Source of the DNA: Patescibacteria group bacterium
GTDB lineage: Bacteria; Patescibacteriota; Minisyncoccia; UBA6257; JACRHW01
Length of the DNA: 64,000 nucleotides
Direction: 5' to 3'
Assembly: GCA_028865725.1 (NCBI GenBank)
Contig: JAGWJP010000003.1
Span: forward strand, 1,697-65,696
Shown here: positions 40,614 through 49,284 of the stretch, piece by piece
How positions within the stretch are numbered: position 1 is the stretch's first letter
How the letters are laid out: each line of letters opens with the position of its first letter
The notes under the pieces: model-generated
Seen by the model: the letters and a program-made list of their open reading frames with translations, nothing else
Database searches by the model: none
Told to the model about the DNA's origin: nothing
Position numbers and translations under genes: made by a program

Positions 40614-40970
40614 ATGAGTGGGGATAGGGACCTGCCTCGTGTCACACAGATATTTTCAAAAGACAAAATTATACTTATTGTGCCGATCGACTATCTCTTT
40701 GGAGTATTCAAAATGGAATTGCCTTTTACGATTCACACGGAACATAATCTGTGCAATTATATCGGTTTTCTTCAGATAAGCTCTGGATATATGCGAGATG
40801 GAGTTTTTGAATCCAGTCAATCAAATAGCGCAACCGTCTGCAGTGGGAAGGCTATCGTACAACAAATTTCGCACGCATTCCGTTATTTTGGCTTCGTAAA
40901 TACGTTCCTCGAAAAACACAAAACGAATCCGCCCACATTCGAAGAATTCCAAAAAAAGATTTTTAAATAA
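40614..40970 (+). CDS. Hypothetical protein
   Basis: 118 aa ORF with SD GAGGAGG. Confidence 0.6.
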   Translation: MSGDRDLPRVTQIFSKDKIILIVPIDYLFGVFKMELPFTIHTEHNLCNYIGFLQISSGYMRDGVFESSQSNSATVCSGKAIVQQISHAFRYFGFVNTFLEKHKTNPPTFEEFQKKIFK

Positions 40971-41120
40971 GTAAACAAATAAACATGGTGACAATACCAT
41001 GTTTTTCTTTTTGTCCGGAAAAGGAGTGTAGTATCACTGTTACGTATGAATCTTGCCACAAGAGTATTAAATGTGCTATCCTCAAAAAGGATCCTCGACA
41101 CCAAAAAAGGGAGAAAAGAT

Positions 41121-41507
41121 ATGAAGAAGGGGATTTTTATTATACTGGTAATGGCTGGGCTTCTGTGCAGTACACTGCCCGCGAGAGCAGAGAAGCGCGT
41201 CATTCATATGAAGGCTTCCATCGTCAATCTTCGCCATGGCGAATTTGTCGGAGGGTGGAACCCCAAGCACATCGAAGTGCAAGAGGGGGACGAGGTAACT
41301 CTTATTATCAAATCCATCGATGCAATGCATATCTTTTATCTCACAGGATACAAGATTCGCTCAAAGCCTATTTCTCCTGGAAATCCAGTAACTATCAAAT
41401 TTGTCGCGAACACACCGGGAACGTTCAGATACATGTGCGGAATGGTATGCGGTCCTTATCATGTGCACATGTATGGGACTCTCGTGGTGCATCCCAAATC
41501 AAAATAA
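41121..41507 (+). CDS. Exported cupredoxin with CuA-type binuclear copper motif
   Basis: Signal peptide MKKGIF..., DAMH, C-x3-C-x3-H-x2-M (CGMVCGPYHVHM); terminator at 41517-41540. Confidence 0.82.
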   Translation: MKKGIFIILVMAGLLCSTLPARAEKRVIHMKASIVNLRHGEFVGGWNPKHIEVQEGDEVTLIIKSIDAMHIFYLTGYKIRSKPISPGNPVTIKFVANTPGTFRYMCGMVCGPYHVHMYGTLVVHPKSK

Positions 41508-41611
41508 GCAATAAAAAACCAGGCTCGCCCTGGTTCTTTTTTTATCTGAATCACGCTATCCAAAGATGTGTAACAAAAAACTAAAAACTCTATGCACTAT
41601 GCGGATATTAC

Positions 41612-42805
41612 CTATCGCACAAATGGATTATGTGCTCCGATAACCCCGAAAGACAACTCGCATTGTGTTGCATTCCCTGTACTTCCCATTGTTCCTAAAA
41701 GCGCGCCCTTCGCTACATAATCACCCTCGGAAATATTGATCTGAATGAGGTGCCCGTAGGTAGTAAACACGCCATTTGGGTGTTCAATTTTTATCATGTT
41801 ACCCTCTCCTCCATTCCACCCCTCTTGTGCTTCGACGACAAGCCCTTCGGCGGCTGCACGCACTTCGGTGCCACATGAATTCACAATAGCAACCTCGTTC
41901 GCACCTCCATCCTGAGAAACCCCCTCGTTATGCCCGATTGTCGGTGCGCCAAGATAACCATTAATATTAACCTCTTGTACCTGGGACACGGTTGGAGGCT
42001 TTGCGTTACGTGGCGCGGTAGCATCAGGAAGAATAAGCACGTCGCCTTCCTTTATGGCGTTGTGGGGAAGATGATTAAATGCGACAATGCTCGCCACGTC
42101 AGTATGGTAAGCCGCGGCAATCTGTTCCAATGTTTCTCCTGCGATTACTTTATGCCAAGCTCCGCTTACCGGAAGAAGAATCACTTGCGCACCTGCATGC
42201 AATCTACTTCTTGCACTGAGTCCATTGGTCCATAGAATCGTATCCGCGCTCACCCCAAAACTTGAAGCAATCGATGCCACCGTATCTCCCTTACGTACGC
42301 GGTAAATAAAGCTCCCGTCATTATTCATTTGCACCGCCACAGGCGCATGTATGCTCTCCAATGAGTCACTTGTTACTACCATCTCTGAAAGGGAAGTTGG
42401 TGCGCTATTATTCGAAAATACGTAACTTTCTGGATTCAACGGTCCTGCGGAACCAGAAAACACAGAAGGGGCGGTATCGGTTGCATCTCCTCCCGCAAGC
42501 ACGGATTGTATCAGCGCAAATGAAATCGGCTCCTTAGAAGATTGTGCGGAAAAAACGGGGGACACATTCATGAGGCTGTAGGTTCCCACAAACAAAACAA
42601 ACAAGGTACCCAGCACTACTCCTTCTGCATGCCGTCCGATATTCATCCCCGCCCGCCGTAACGCGGGGCGTGCCCAAGTAATTCCTTTAAAAAAAGCCCG
42701 AATAATCGGCTTAATAATAAAGACAGACTCTTCCTCGACAAGATGACGAATATAAACAAAAAATTGATGGTATCGTGTTCCTCTCATAGAATCTTCCTCG
42801 AACAT
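41612..42805 (-). CDS. 2xLysM plus M23-like peptidase domain protein (probably catalytically inactive)
   Basis: YRVRKGDTV.SIA and HKV..GETL..IA LysM repeats; V.AAAEG.V, IEH.NG..T.YGHL, MGSTGNAT. Confidence 0.85.
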   Translation of the reverse strand: MFEEDSMRGTRYHQFFVYIRHLVEEESVFIIKPIIRAFFKGITWARPALRRAGMNIGRHAEGVVLGTLFVLFVGTYSLMNVSPVFSAQSSKEPISFALIQSVLAGGDATDTAPSVFSGSAGPLNPESYVFSNNSAPTSLSEMVVTSDSLESIHAPVAVQMNNDGSFIYRVRKGDTVASIASSFGVSADTILWTNGLSARSRLHAGAQVILLPVSGAWHKVIAGETLEQIAAAYHTDVASIVAFNHLPHNAIKEGDVLILPDATAPRNAKPPTVSQVQEVNINGYLGAPTIGHNEGVSQDGGANEVAIVNSCGTEVRAAAEGLVVEAQEGWNGGEGNMIKIEHPNGVFTTYGHLIQINISEGDYVAKGALLGTMGSTGNATQCELSFGVIGAHNPFVR

Positions 42806-42984
42806 ATAACACAGCCCGGTGACCTTCCTTAGGGTACCATAGTTTGTTACAATACATCAACACATGTCTGCAGTAATTGATGAGAAATAATCCTTGAATT
42901 TCTATATAATTTGTGCGGCATACACCTCTTGCGCTCCTATAACCTGTTATTTTACGATATGTGCTTAACTCGTCTTTCTCGTGC

Positions 42985-44931
42985 ATGGACAAAAATGAAC
43001 TCCTAAAAGGTCTAAATGCTTCACAGCGCAATGCAGTAGAAACCATTGGCGGTCCTCTTCTTGTTGTCGCAGGGGCAGGATCCGGCAAAACAAAAACGCT
43101 TACGCATCGCATTGCATATCTCATTGCCTCAGGCGTGGACCCATCCTCCATCCTTGCCGTTACCTTCACGAACAAGGCAGCCAAAGAAATGAAAACGCGC
43201 GTGCAGACACTTATCGCAGCTCACGGACTCGTAACTGCTCCCGGATTTATAGGCACCTTCCATAGTCTGGGTGCCAAACTCCTCCGCGAGGAGGCAATGT
43301 ACTTCAAACGCACCCCTTATTTTTCGATTTCAGACAAAAGTGATTCCTTGTCTCTTATCAAATCCATCACGAAAGAGCTTAACCTCGACAAAGAAAAATT
43401 TCCCCCCCAAGCCATCCTCGCTGCAATTGGGCTTCGCAAAAACGGACAGTCAAAAGGGAACAATGAACACAACTTCTTTGAATCCATAGTAAGTAACATA
43501 CAAGCCAAATATGAAGATCTCCTTATCACGAATAATGCATTCGATTTTGATGATCTGATCATGAAACCCGCCACACTGTTTGCAGAAAATCCTGAGCTTC
43601 TTCGAAAATACCAAGCACGCTGGCATTATATTTTGATTGATGAGTATCAAGACATCAATCCGGTACAATATTCGTTGATGAAACAGCTTGCGGAACACCA
43701 CCGCAATATCTGTGCGGTAGGGGATGACGCACAATCAATTTATAGTTGGCGCGGCGCCGATTTTACCATTTTTCTTGATTTTGAGCGTGATTGGCCGGGT
43801 GCCTCTCTTGTGCTTCTTGAAGAAAACTACCGTTCAACCCAAACCATCCTCACCGCTGCAAATGCAGTCATCGCACATAACTCGCTCAAAAAAGATAAAA
43901 ACCTCTTCACACGCAAGGAAGCAGGTCCTCCTATTTATGTCATCGAGGCGGATAATGACATACAGGAGGCGGCGATCTGCATCGATACCATTGCGGGTCT
44001 CGCAAAAAACAATCTTAGCACACTCGAACAGGTTGCCGTTCTTTATCGCACTAATGCACAATCACGCGTTTTAGAGGAGGCATGCATCCGTGCGCGCCTT
44101 CCTTATCAAATGGTGGGAGGTACTAAATTTTATGATCGGAAAGAAATAAAAGACTTGCTGGCCTATCTCACTCTCGCTATCAATCCAAATGACACCATAA
44201 GCTTGGAACGGATTATTAATGTCCCCGCGCGAGGATTAGGAAAAGAGGCCGTCAACATTCTCCGTATCAGAGATACCCACGAACGCGAAGAAGCCCTCGG
44301 GCGGTATCGAAACAAAAAATCAGTCGCTGCCTTTCTCGAGTTTATTCACACTCTTCAGGAAAAAATGCGTGAGCTCCCTCTGGTACAAGTACTGCGTTTC
44401 CTTACCCACGAACTTAAATTTCAAGAATACCTCAGTACAAAAACAGAAGAGGGAATAAAACGGTGGGAGAATGTACAGGAACTCGTGAATGCGGCATCGC
44501 ACTACGATACACGAAGTACCAATAGGCTTGAAAATGGCGTTGCATTTCTTGAAACCGCAAACCTCTACCAAGACGCCGACGCATTGCACGAACACGCACG
44601 CGGCATTACGCTGATGACAATCCACGCCGCAAAAGGACTTGAATTTGAAACGGTATTTCTTGTAGGGCTGGAGGAGGGCATCCTTCCTCATGAACGCAGT
44701 CTTACTGAGGAATCTGCCCTTGAAGAAGAGCGACGCCTCGCCTATGTTGCGCTTACGCGTGCAAAAAAAACGCTCTATATTCTCTTCGCGCGCTCACGAA
44801 AAGTATTTGGTTCATTTAAAATGAACCTGCCCTCGCGTTTCCTTGCGGAAATCCCTGACACACTTGTGGAATACACCAACGCCACCTCTGCAAAAACTTA
44901 CATTGACGAAGACTTTATTGAATATAACTAG
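42985..44931 (+). CDS. pcrA: ATP-dependent DNA helicase PcrA/UvrD
   Basis: AGAGSGKT, TFTNKAA, DEYQD, GDDAQSIY, NYRS, TIHAAKGLEF, EERRLAYVA. Confidence 0.95.
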   Translation: MDKNELLKGLNASQRNAVETIGGPLLVVAGAGSGKTKTLTHRIAYLIASGVDPSSILAVTFTNKAAKEMKTRVQTLIAAHGLVTAPGFIGTFHSLGAKLLREEAMYFKRTPYFSISDKSDSLSLIKSITKELNLDKEKFPPQAILAAIGLRKNGQSKGNNEHNFFESIVSNIQAKYEDLLITNNAFDFDDLIMKPATLFAENPELLRKYQARWHYILIDEYQDINPVQYSLMKQLAEHHRNICAVGDDAQSIYSWRGADFTIFLDFERDWPGASLVLLEENYRSTQTILTAANAVIAHNSLKKDKNLFTRKEAGPPIYVIEADNDIQEAAICIDTIAGLAKNNLSTLEQVAVLYRTNAQSRVLEEACIRARLPYQMVGGTKFYDRKEIKDLLAYLTLAINPNDTISLERIINVPARGLGKEAVNILRIRDTHEREEALGRYRNKKSVAAFLEFIHTLQEKMRELPLVQVLRFLTHELKFQEYLSTKTEEGIKRWENVQELVNAASHYDTRSTNRLENGVAFLETANLYQDADALHEHARGITLMTIHAAKGLEFETVFLVGLEEGILPHERSLTEESALEEERRLAYVALTRAKKTLYILFARSRKVFGSFKMNLPSRFLAEIPDTLVEYTNATSAKTYIDEDFIEYN

Positions 44932-44935
44932 CGAT

Positions 44936-45757
44936 ATGGGACAAAAGCTTGGACAACATTTTCTGATCAATCCTTCCGTACTTGCCCGGATTGCCGACGC
45001 GATTCATCCTCATACCAACGAAACGATCATTGAAGTGGGGCCGGGGCACGGGGAACTTACCGACGCGCTCCTTGCACTCAACCCCCATATTCGTCTTATT
45101 CTTATTGAAAAAGATGCGCACCTTGCGAAAAACCTTCGCGATAAGTACAGCACCACATCTATTGAAATCATAACAGGAGATGTTCTTACCCTACTGCCAT
45201 CTCTCCTGCATCCGGCGCCTGATACGCCACACTCTGTAAAAGTGGTGGGTAACATTCCCTACTATCTCACGGGGTTTCTACTGCACCGCCTCCTCGAACT
45301 TGAAGAACCCCCCCACACGATCGTATTCACGATCCAAAAAGAAGTGGCGGAACGTATCGTCGCACATGCACCCCACATGAATCTTCTGGCTGCCTCTGTC
45401 CAATATTTTGGCACGCCGGAACTCTTGTTCACTATTTCCCGACAGGACTTTAATCCGCCGCCGCAGGTAGATTCTGCGACGATTCGCATTACACTACGCA
45501 CACCTATTTCCACACGAGAAGAACGTGCCATATTTTTTCGCGTCGTAAAAGCCGGCTTCAGCCATCCGCGCAAACTTCTTATGAGCAACCTCATCGCCGC
45601 ATTCGCAGTTCCTAAATCCACACTCGAAAATATCTTTACACGCCTCGCGATACGACACGACGCGCGCGGACAACATCTTGACATTGCAACATGGTCTGCC
45701 CTTTCTCGTGATCTTCAGGATTCCTATCCCACCCTCTTCGCATTACCGAAATCTTGA
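44936..45757 (+). CDS. rsmA: 16S rRNA m6,2A dimethyltransferase
   Basis: LGQHFL, EVGPGHG, GNIPYY, QKEVA.R, F.PPP.VDS. Confidence 0.95.
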   Translation: MGQKLGQHFLINPSVLARIADAIHPHTNETIIEVGPGHGELTDALLALNPHIRLILIEKDAHLAKNLRDKYSTTSIEIITGDVLTLLPSLLHPAPDTPHSVKVVGNIPYYLTGFLLHRLLELEEPPHTIVFTIQKEVAERIVAHAPHMNLLAASVQYFGTPELLFTISRQDFNPPPQVDSATIRITLRTPISTREERAIFFRVVKAGFSHPRKLLMSNLIAAFAVPKSTLENIFTRLAIRHDARGQHLDIATWSALSRDLQDSYPTLFALPKS

Positions 45758-45826
45758 CATATAATCTAGACTAGGTTATATTATTATCGGTTCGTTCAAA
45801 AGAACGGCGGAAAGGGGAAACTCAAC

Positions 45827-46324
45827 ATGAGCAAACGGGAATTCCTTATTCGTTTAGGGATTACTGCGGTTATTCTTGCTCTGCCTGTTTTTTACATCAC
45901 AAGACTTGTACACGACAAGCTGTATGGCAGTGTGGCGAATAATATTGTGTACCATCCGAAAATCGCGCCCTCCGTGATGCGTGAGGGGCATGTTCCCCTG
46001 TTGCCACAGGACAAGGACTTTGAAGTTGCAAACCTTGACCAGTTTTTTGACAGGTCATATGATGTGGTCACTATTCAAAACGACGGATCATTTCTTTTGC
46101 TCTGCGGAAAACAAGGAGATTTATACCGCGTAGGAAAGTACGATCTTCAAAAGTATCAATCAATGAAGTATATCGTCCGCTGCGAAGTGGCTCATCACGA
46201 TATTGTCATTGTGTTTGCGAAACTGCCATGGCCTCTCATTCTTTTGTTTGCCGTCTTTGTAACATTTGTGACGGGAATGATTCTTTATCTTGTGTGGTCC
46301 AAGTATGTGTGGAGTGAGTGGTAA
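45827..46324 (+). CDS. Hypothetical two-TM protein (autonomous cassette)
   Basis: TTGACA-N17-TATATT at 45754-45782, SD AAAGGGG, terminator ACCGCCT-AGAG-AGGCGGT at 46340-46357. Confidence 0.7.
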   Translation: MSKREFLIRLGITAVILALPVFYITRLVHDKLYGSVANNIVYHPKIAPSVMREGHVPLLPQDKDFEVANLDQFFDRSYDVVTIQNDGSFLLLCGKQGDLYRVGKYDLQKYQSMKYIVRCEVAHHDIVIVFAKLPWPLILLFAVFVTFVTGMILYLVWSKYVWSEW

Positions 46325-46444
46325 ATTTTAAAACCATCGACCGCCTAGAGAGGCGGTTTTTTTGTCACCTCGTAAAAATCCATGAATAAAAGACCGCAAA
46401 GACTCTGCAAGATCCTTGCACAAGATTTCAACCATGTTCACCCC

Positions 46445-46482
46445 TTATCCACAGTTTTTCCACGGACTTTTACTGGTATAAT
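46445..46482 (+). promoter_or_regulatory. DnaA box(es) overlapping an extended -10 promoter upstream of the T4SS-like operon
   Basis: TTATCCACA at 46445-46453, TTTTCCACG at 46456-46464, TG-G-TATAAT at 46474-46482. Confidence 0.55.
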
Positions 46483-46487
46483 GAGAG

Positions 46488-47276
46488 GTGATGAAAACTA
46501 TTCCGCAGGGTCTTCACCAAGCACATGGCAAGTATTTTATTTCGCCTACTATAGACGTGCGTTTTGGTATTAAAAAGGGGGTGATGTGGGTGAGCGTTGC
46601 GGGTTTTGTTCTTCTCATATTAAGCTCCTTGAGCACGCTCGCGCACAAAACAAACGATTCCGCATTTACGCTTTTTAATGTATCCCTGGCCCCTCAAAAA
46701 AGAACAACCATGGTGCCGGCATCTGCTTCATTTACGGACGACCTCGGCGCACAAATCAGCAACGGTCTCTCGGAAAAAATTACCACGGCAGGAACGCTGC
46801 AGGATGCGCAATTCACCAATCCCGCAGAGTTCGCTTCGTTTGTACAAAACTATCTAGATACCGACACAAGCGATTACGAGCAATCACTGAAACAAAGTTT
46901 CGCAGAAGGAATATCCGTCCATGCACGCATCGAAAATCACGCAACCGCCGCAGAAAAAAAACACTATATCAATACGGTAACCGCTCTTATGGATCCCTCA
47001 CAATTTCCAGAACGCGATACCACAGCAAACATAAGCAGTGCGGAAACTTTTTACGCACACCTCGCTACGCAGTTAGAACAAACGCCTGTGCCGTCAGAAT
47101 ATTATTTTATCCACTACGAGTTTATACGCGCCGCGAAAATAAAAGCGGCGGGGTATGACGCATTTGTGAACATTGATTCAGACCCCGTAAAAGCGGCGGT
47201 CGTTATGAAAATTTTTGCGGAACTTGATACTCAAACATCCACCGCATATCAGGCATTAACCCACATGACGTCGTAA
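46488..47276 (+). CDS. Hypothetical single-TM protein, first gene of the T4SS-like cluster
   Basis: TM about aa 30-50; helical C-terminal domain. Confidence 0.7.
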   Translation: MMKTIPQGLHQAHGKYFISPTIDVRFGIKKGVMWVSVAGFVLLILSSLSTLAHKTNDSAFTLFNVSLAPQKRTTMVPASASFTDDLGAQISNGLSEKITTAGTLQDAQFTNPAEFASFVQNYLDTDTSDYEQSLKQSFAEGISVHARIENHATAAEKKHYINTVTALMDPSQFPERDTTANISSAETFYAHLATQLEQTPVPSEYYFIHYEFIRAAKIKAAGYDAFVNIDSDPVKAAVVMKIFAELDTQTSTAYQALTHMTS

Positions 47277-47297
47277 CCTATTCACCTTATCACTTCA

Positions 47298-49259
47298 ATG
47301 CGTTTTTCTCTTCATAAAAAAGTCCTCATTCTTGTTCTTGTCGTTGCTGTTTTTGTCGCCCAAACAGGAGTAACCCATGCCGCGCTTACCTCGACAATTG
47401 CCCTCTTAAAACAAGCGGGGATTTCTGCGACTCGCATCAACGATGTCTATAATGCATTAAATATTTGCTCTGTAGACGCACTCCATAATTTAGCGGTGGG
47501 GGACGGTCTGTCGAATACCGCCGCAGATGCGGCACTAAAGGGGCTGGGCGTTACGGTGTCAGGCGGATTAGGGGCTCTCATTAATTCTCCCTTCGATCTC
47601 ATCAATGACGCTTTTAATAAAAAAGAGCTTGCACAGGACACAAAAGATGTCATAGTACGTTGCCAGGAAATTACTGCCGACTTGGCTGGAATAACTACTG
47701 ATGCCGGAATATATACCGCCGCCGTTACAGAAAGCAATGTCCATACCGCTGCTGCTTATGCCTCTTGTGGAGCAGCTCTGGATCCATCTTTATGTTGGAC
47801 GACTGTAGAAGCACTACAAGCAGCCGAGAGCACAAAAGTCATAGGGCTTTTAGCCCAACTTAATACCGAACTCGATGCGGTATCAGACAAAATACACAAG
47901 CTTCAAGATCTTGTGAGACAGCAGGCAATAGACAGAAACACCAGAAAAGCCGCTGAGGAGGCAACGAAACAGCGACAGCTCATTCAATTTAACTCCATCC
48001 TTACGAAAATTACGGAGCGCATGAAACTTGCGTTAGTAGAATCGGTGAAAAGTAAGATCCTCGGCATTCTCCAAAACGATGGGTCGCCGCAATGGATCAC
48101 AAACTGGACAACCCGCTATACCAACACCTTCTTCGATACGTACGAACAAAAGTATGTAAATTACAATGCTATTTATAATACACAACACGGATACTATTCA
48201 AGCCGGTTTGCCACGTTTGACGGCTTTATGAGCGCGCTGCAAAGCGACCCGTCCCAGCTTCCCGGTGCCAATCATGCATTTCAAGGGCTTAATGTTCTCA
48301 TCCGCAATAGCGTAGCAGGTAATTCGGCGCAAACTGCAGCCAACGCGCAACAAGCGGAAGACGTTGCGAATAACGGAATGCAGGGCAAAGGTCATTGCGA
48401 AAACGACAACGGAGACAATGCTTCTGCCTCTCACAAGGCACAATCCTCGTCCCAAAACTGTCCACCAGGCCAACATTGGGTTACCGATACTCCAGGTCTT
48501 GCATTCTCCGACATGCTTCAGCAATTTCTTGGCATTGATATCCAGCAGATGCTGAATAACACCATTGAAAACTGGGTCAACCAATTTTTGAACGACAACG
48601 TCATCAATAAATTAAGCGGAAATGGCGGGGGAGGTGGCGGGGGTGGGGGAAGCATTGGGGGTACAGTAACACTTGCGAGTCTTCAGACGGGAGGAGGAAC
48701 TACTGATGTTGCTTCAAGCCAAATTGATTGTTCCGCATTTCCTCCAGGAAGTGCGCAAGATAACTGCCTCCTTGCAAGCGGACTCCACGACCAAGGTGCA
48801 CAAATTACCGAATCGCAGATTGATACCACGTTGAACAGCACTGATGCCAGCGGTAAAACATTTGTTGAACGACTCGCCTCGTCGACAGAGCAGCTTCAAG
48901 CAATTGTAGGAGCCATAAATTCCAATAATGCGTCTTCTACGCTTCTTCTTGCCTCATGTCCTTCGGAGCACGACGCGCTTGCCGCAAATGCCCAGCAAAA
49001 CGCGACACTCCTTGGCGTCGTGCAGCCTCTTATCGACACCTTTACCGCGGCACAAATGCAAATCGCATCTTCTACCGCAACATCATCGCCCACCATCGAT
49101 GTACTCATGACCTACCAAAGCTTTCTGGATGGCATACAAGCAAGCCTTGATACCGCGCAGACCAATATTCCTTCCTATTTTTCGCAAGCCCAGATACTCG
49201 CAGACGATATAAGCAATATCCAAACGAGATGCGCAGCGCCGCAACAAGCTACGCCTTAA
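47298..49259 (+). CDS. Large secreted protein, T4SS-associated
   Basis: Signal peptide, coiled coil, paired Cys, poly-Gly linker. Confidence 0.7.
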   Translation: MRFSLHKKVLILVLVVAVFVAQTGVTHAALTSTIALLKQAGISATRINDVYNALNICSVDALHNLAVGDGLSNTAADAALKGLGVTVSGGLGALINSPFDLINDAFNKKELAQDTKDVIVRCQEITADLAGITTDAGIYTAAVTESNVHTAAAYASCGAALDPSLCWTTVEALQAAESTKVIGLLAQLNTELDAVSDKIHKLQDLVRQQAIDRNTRKAAEEATKQRQLIQFNSILTKITERMKLALVESVKSKILGILQNDGSPQWITNWTTRYTNTFFDTYEQKYVNYNAIYNTQHGYYSSRFATFDGFMSALQSDPSQLPGANHAFQGLNVLIRNSVAGNSAQTAANAQQAEDVANNGMQGKGHCENDNGDNASASHKAQSSSQNCPPGQHWVTDTPGLAFSDMLQQFLGIDIQQMLNNTIENWVNQFLNDNVINKLSGNGGGGGGGGGSIGGTVTLASLQTGGGTTDVASSQIDCSAFPPGSAQDNCLLASGLHDQGAQITESQIDTTLNSTDASGKTFVERLASSTEQLQAIVGAINSNNASSTLLLASCPSEHDALAANAQQNATLLGVVQPLIDTFTAAQMQIASSTATSSPTIDVLMTYQSFLDGIQASLDTAQTNIPSYFSQAQILADDISNIQTRCAAPQQATP

Positions 49260-49284
49260 CTTATTCCGAAACGCACCCCGCCCC

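Noticed and set aside
40985-41584. 199-aa ORF overlapping the cupredoxin
   Set aside because: Alternate frame without motifs; the cupredoxin frame has a signal peptide, CuA ligands, SD and terminator.
16133-46357. attC sites suggested by AAC..GTT-closed hairpins
   Set aside because: The hairpins are only about 17-30 bp with T-tails, too short for attC and typical of intrinsic terminators.
48622-48662. G-rich run as G-quadruplex or phase-variable tract
   Set aside because: Explained by a poly-Gly linker with mixed codons, and the frame is intact.
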